Of a stretch of DNA of 64,000 nucleotides, positions 62,021 through 64,000 are shown one piece after another. The notes beneath the pieces were generated by a model. The model made no database searches and was not told the DNA's origin. It saw nothing but the letters and a program-made list of their open reading frames with translations. The position numbers were made by a program, and so were the translations under genes. How positions within the stretch are numbered: position 1 is the first letter of the stretch; each line of letters opens with the position of its first letter. Source of the DNA: Rhodosorus marinus CCMP1338 (Eukaryota; Plantae; Rhodophyta). Where the stretch lies: NCBI GenBank assembly GCA_029953675.1, contig JAMWBK010000011.1, positions 186,001 through 250,000 of the forward strand, given 5' to 3'.

Positions 62021-62798
62021 GTTGTGGTAAGCCACGCTGAGTGTCTTCGTCCATGCGCTAGTCTGGACAGGACAGCATCAACTCGAGTAGGAATGTATGT
62101 AACATAGCGCTTTGAAGGACACAAAAATTTTGACGATTCACAGTACCGAACGGAACAACGTATCAAAACCGCTGATTCCGAAAGCCTTGCGTCAGAAACG
62201 ACCACAGCCGCAGCGTTGTGAAAGCACCAAAGCTCGAGTCATACTGTCCAGCCAAGCATCTTGGAACTTCATCCGCTCGGCATTCTTCCAATAGTTTCTG
62301 GAAAAGAACCATTCTGAGACCCCAGGAAGGTCACGAAAAGTAGGAGACTGACTAGAGCTGATTCTTGTCAAGAGCAGGGGCTCAGTTTCTAACGTTCACA
62401 ACAGGGAGAGGCAGATCCTCAACCCCGAAATCGAATAGACATATGTCACTAAATAATTGGATGAATCAGATCTTGATTACAGATGGCGTATTATTATTGA
62501 TCAAATCCAAACCCGAGTTTTGTACGCTTAGGCCCGTGACTTGGGGTTGAGTATCGTTGACTGCCGAGACTTCCAGACGTGCTCAAGAATCTCTGCGAAG
62601 ATCATGGATGGCTTTCGGAGCAGAGTATTATCAAGCTTGGCATAAGACACTTCTCTAATGATCGCCATCAGCGGGACTACTCGATCCTGGTTCGTTCGCA
62701 GGGCTGCACACCAAGCGGTGCGGAGGGATTCATCGGGACGGCGGTCGAGGTGCTTTGGATGCTTGTCCTGTTCTGCACTTGAACTTTGGGAAAATGCT

Positions 62799-64000
62799 AG
62801 TTCAGTCCCTTCCTGAAGGTCCGTTGGACATCGTCGGTGAGTTCCTATCCACAAACGTTAGGCGTTTTCACATTGTACGGATTCCGAAGGCGACCGAAAC
62901 TGAGCGCTTTCCCTCGGAAAAGGTGATATTCATGGAGAGTATGGCGCGCTTCTATCCCTTATGGACCGTATGGGATACGACTACGAAGGTAACCACAGCG
63001 AGGGACGAGTTATGGTGAGCTTTTGGCCTCATTGGACGTCCGGATCCCGGTGATATCCTCCGGGCATCAGCGCACTAATGATCCTCGCCGGTGTGACAAA
63101 GGTATTCGTTGGTGACTTGATCGATCGTGGGCCAGACTCAATATCAGTTGTGAGGCTAGTTCGTCGGCTTGTAGATACAAAGCGTGCGTACTGCATTCTA
63201 GGCAACCACGAGCTGAACGTACTGCTGGGTAAGGCCAACTCGGGGAGCAAGTGGCTCTATGGAGAGAAAGAGAGCTTGATACGTGATAAGAATGATAGAC
63301 ATACTCTGCAGGTAACTTCTCAAAGCCAAGAATCTTCATGCAAATATCCTTGGACAAACTCGAGAGCGGCTGAACGGGGCGGAACTCACTGCTCGTTTCG
63401 ACATGTTCTCGACTACAAAAGGCACTTGCCGATGAGGCAACCAGAAGCGAGATCTTGAGCTTCCTCCAGCAATTGCCAATTATCCTCGAACGAAGCGATG
63501 TAAGGGTCGTTCACGCCGCATGGGACGATGCGGCTGTTGACAAACTCAGGTTGGATATCCGCGTCCCACTTCTGTCAGTTTGGTGGAAGTCTTTAGCAGT
63601 AAAACGTACATATCTGTACTAACACGGTCTCCTGGGTTTCATATCGTTGTTACAGAGGTTCGAAGCTCAGAACGGTCCTGGACGCGTACTATTTCTATAA
63701 GGGTGAAGTGGACAATAGAATAATTTCCCTTTTAAAATCGGTCACGGCCAGTGCCGAACGCGACGTACTGCTGGCACAATGGACCCCTACTGGCACAGAG
63801 GAGTTGAGCGCCAACCAAAGGAACGCACGGGTTTCTGAAGACGAGCTTTCCGCGCAGTGCGCCGAGCTTATGTACCAGAACGAGAACCCGGTCAATGTCG
63901 TGCTGAGCGGTTTTGAGGAAGTCTCACCGAGCCCCTTTTTCGCAGGGGGAAAGGAGCGAACGGTGAGCAGAACGTCACAAGCCTTCTCGCCCCCCACCGA
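62799..64000 (+). CDS. Calcineurin-like metallophosphoesterase, spliced; 5' start unresolved, runs off the window
   Basis: Exons ~62799-62836, 62923-63014, 63102-63311, 63422-63549 and 63656 onward give DIVGDIHG, VFVGDLIDRG, LGNHE and VVHAAW. A TACTAAC branch point lies at ~63617. Confidence 0.85.

Noticed and set aside
1-64000. rRNA, tRNA, snRNA or spliced-leader genes as retrotransposon targets
   Set aside because: No recognisable signature was found by eye, and the insertion flanks are heterogeneous.

Overview
Eukaryotic nuclear DNA, judged from short GT-AG introns with CTAAC/CTAAT branch points. The gene content is compatible with a microalga or protist, but the taxon cannot be established from the sequence. 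About 1-57 kb is a mosaic of segmental duplications and fragments of at least four families (here A-D) of restriction-like-endonuclease (RLE) non-LTR retrotransposons, CRE-like. It includes a near-complete family A element with a second A copy nested inside it, about 20 truncated A 3' ends with (RTTC)n tails, and several filled/empty site pairs showing target-site duplications (TSDs). Host genes in the mosaic are two copies of a one-intron secreted Cys-rich protein gene, three alpha/beta hydrolase ORFs, and one intact plus one broken DUF1254/DUF1214 gene. From about 57.9 kb the window has ordinary genes: a PHO80/cyclin-P/U-like gene, a 7-exon ATAD3 and a multi-exon metallophosphoesterase. The most notable signal is a 16-bp telomere-like unit (TTAGTCTGGGGTTACG) found as tandem filler at a retrotransposon 5' junction and as fragments at other rearrangement junctions. 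This suggests an unusual telomere repeat and a subtelomeric setting, which is inference. Boundaries of degenerate repeats were read by eye and are approximate unless TSDs are given.
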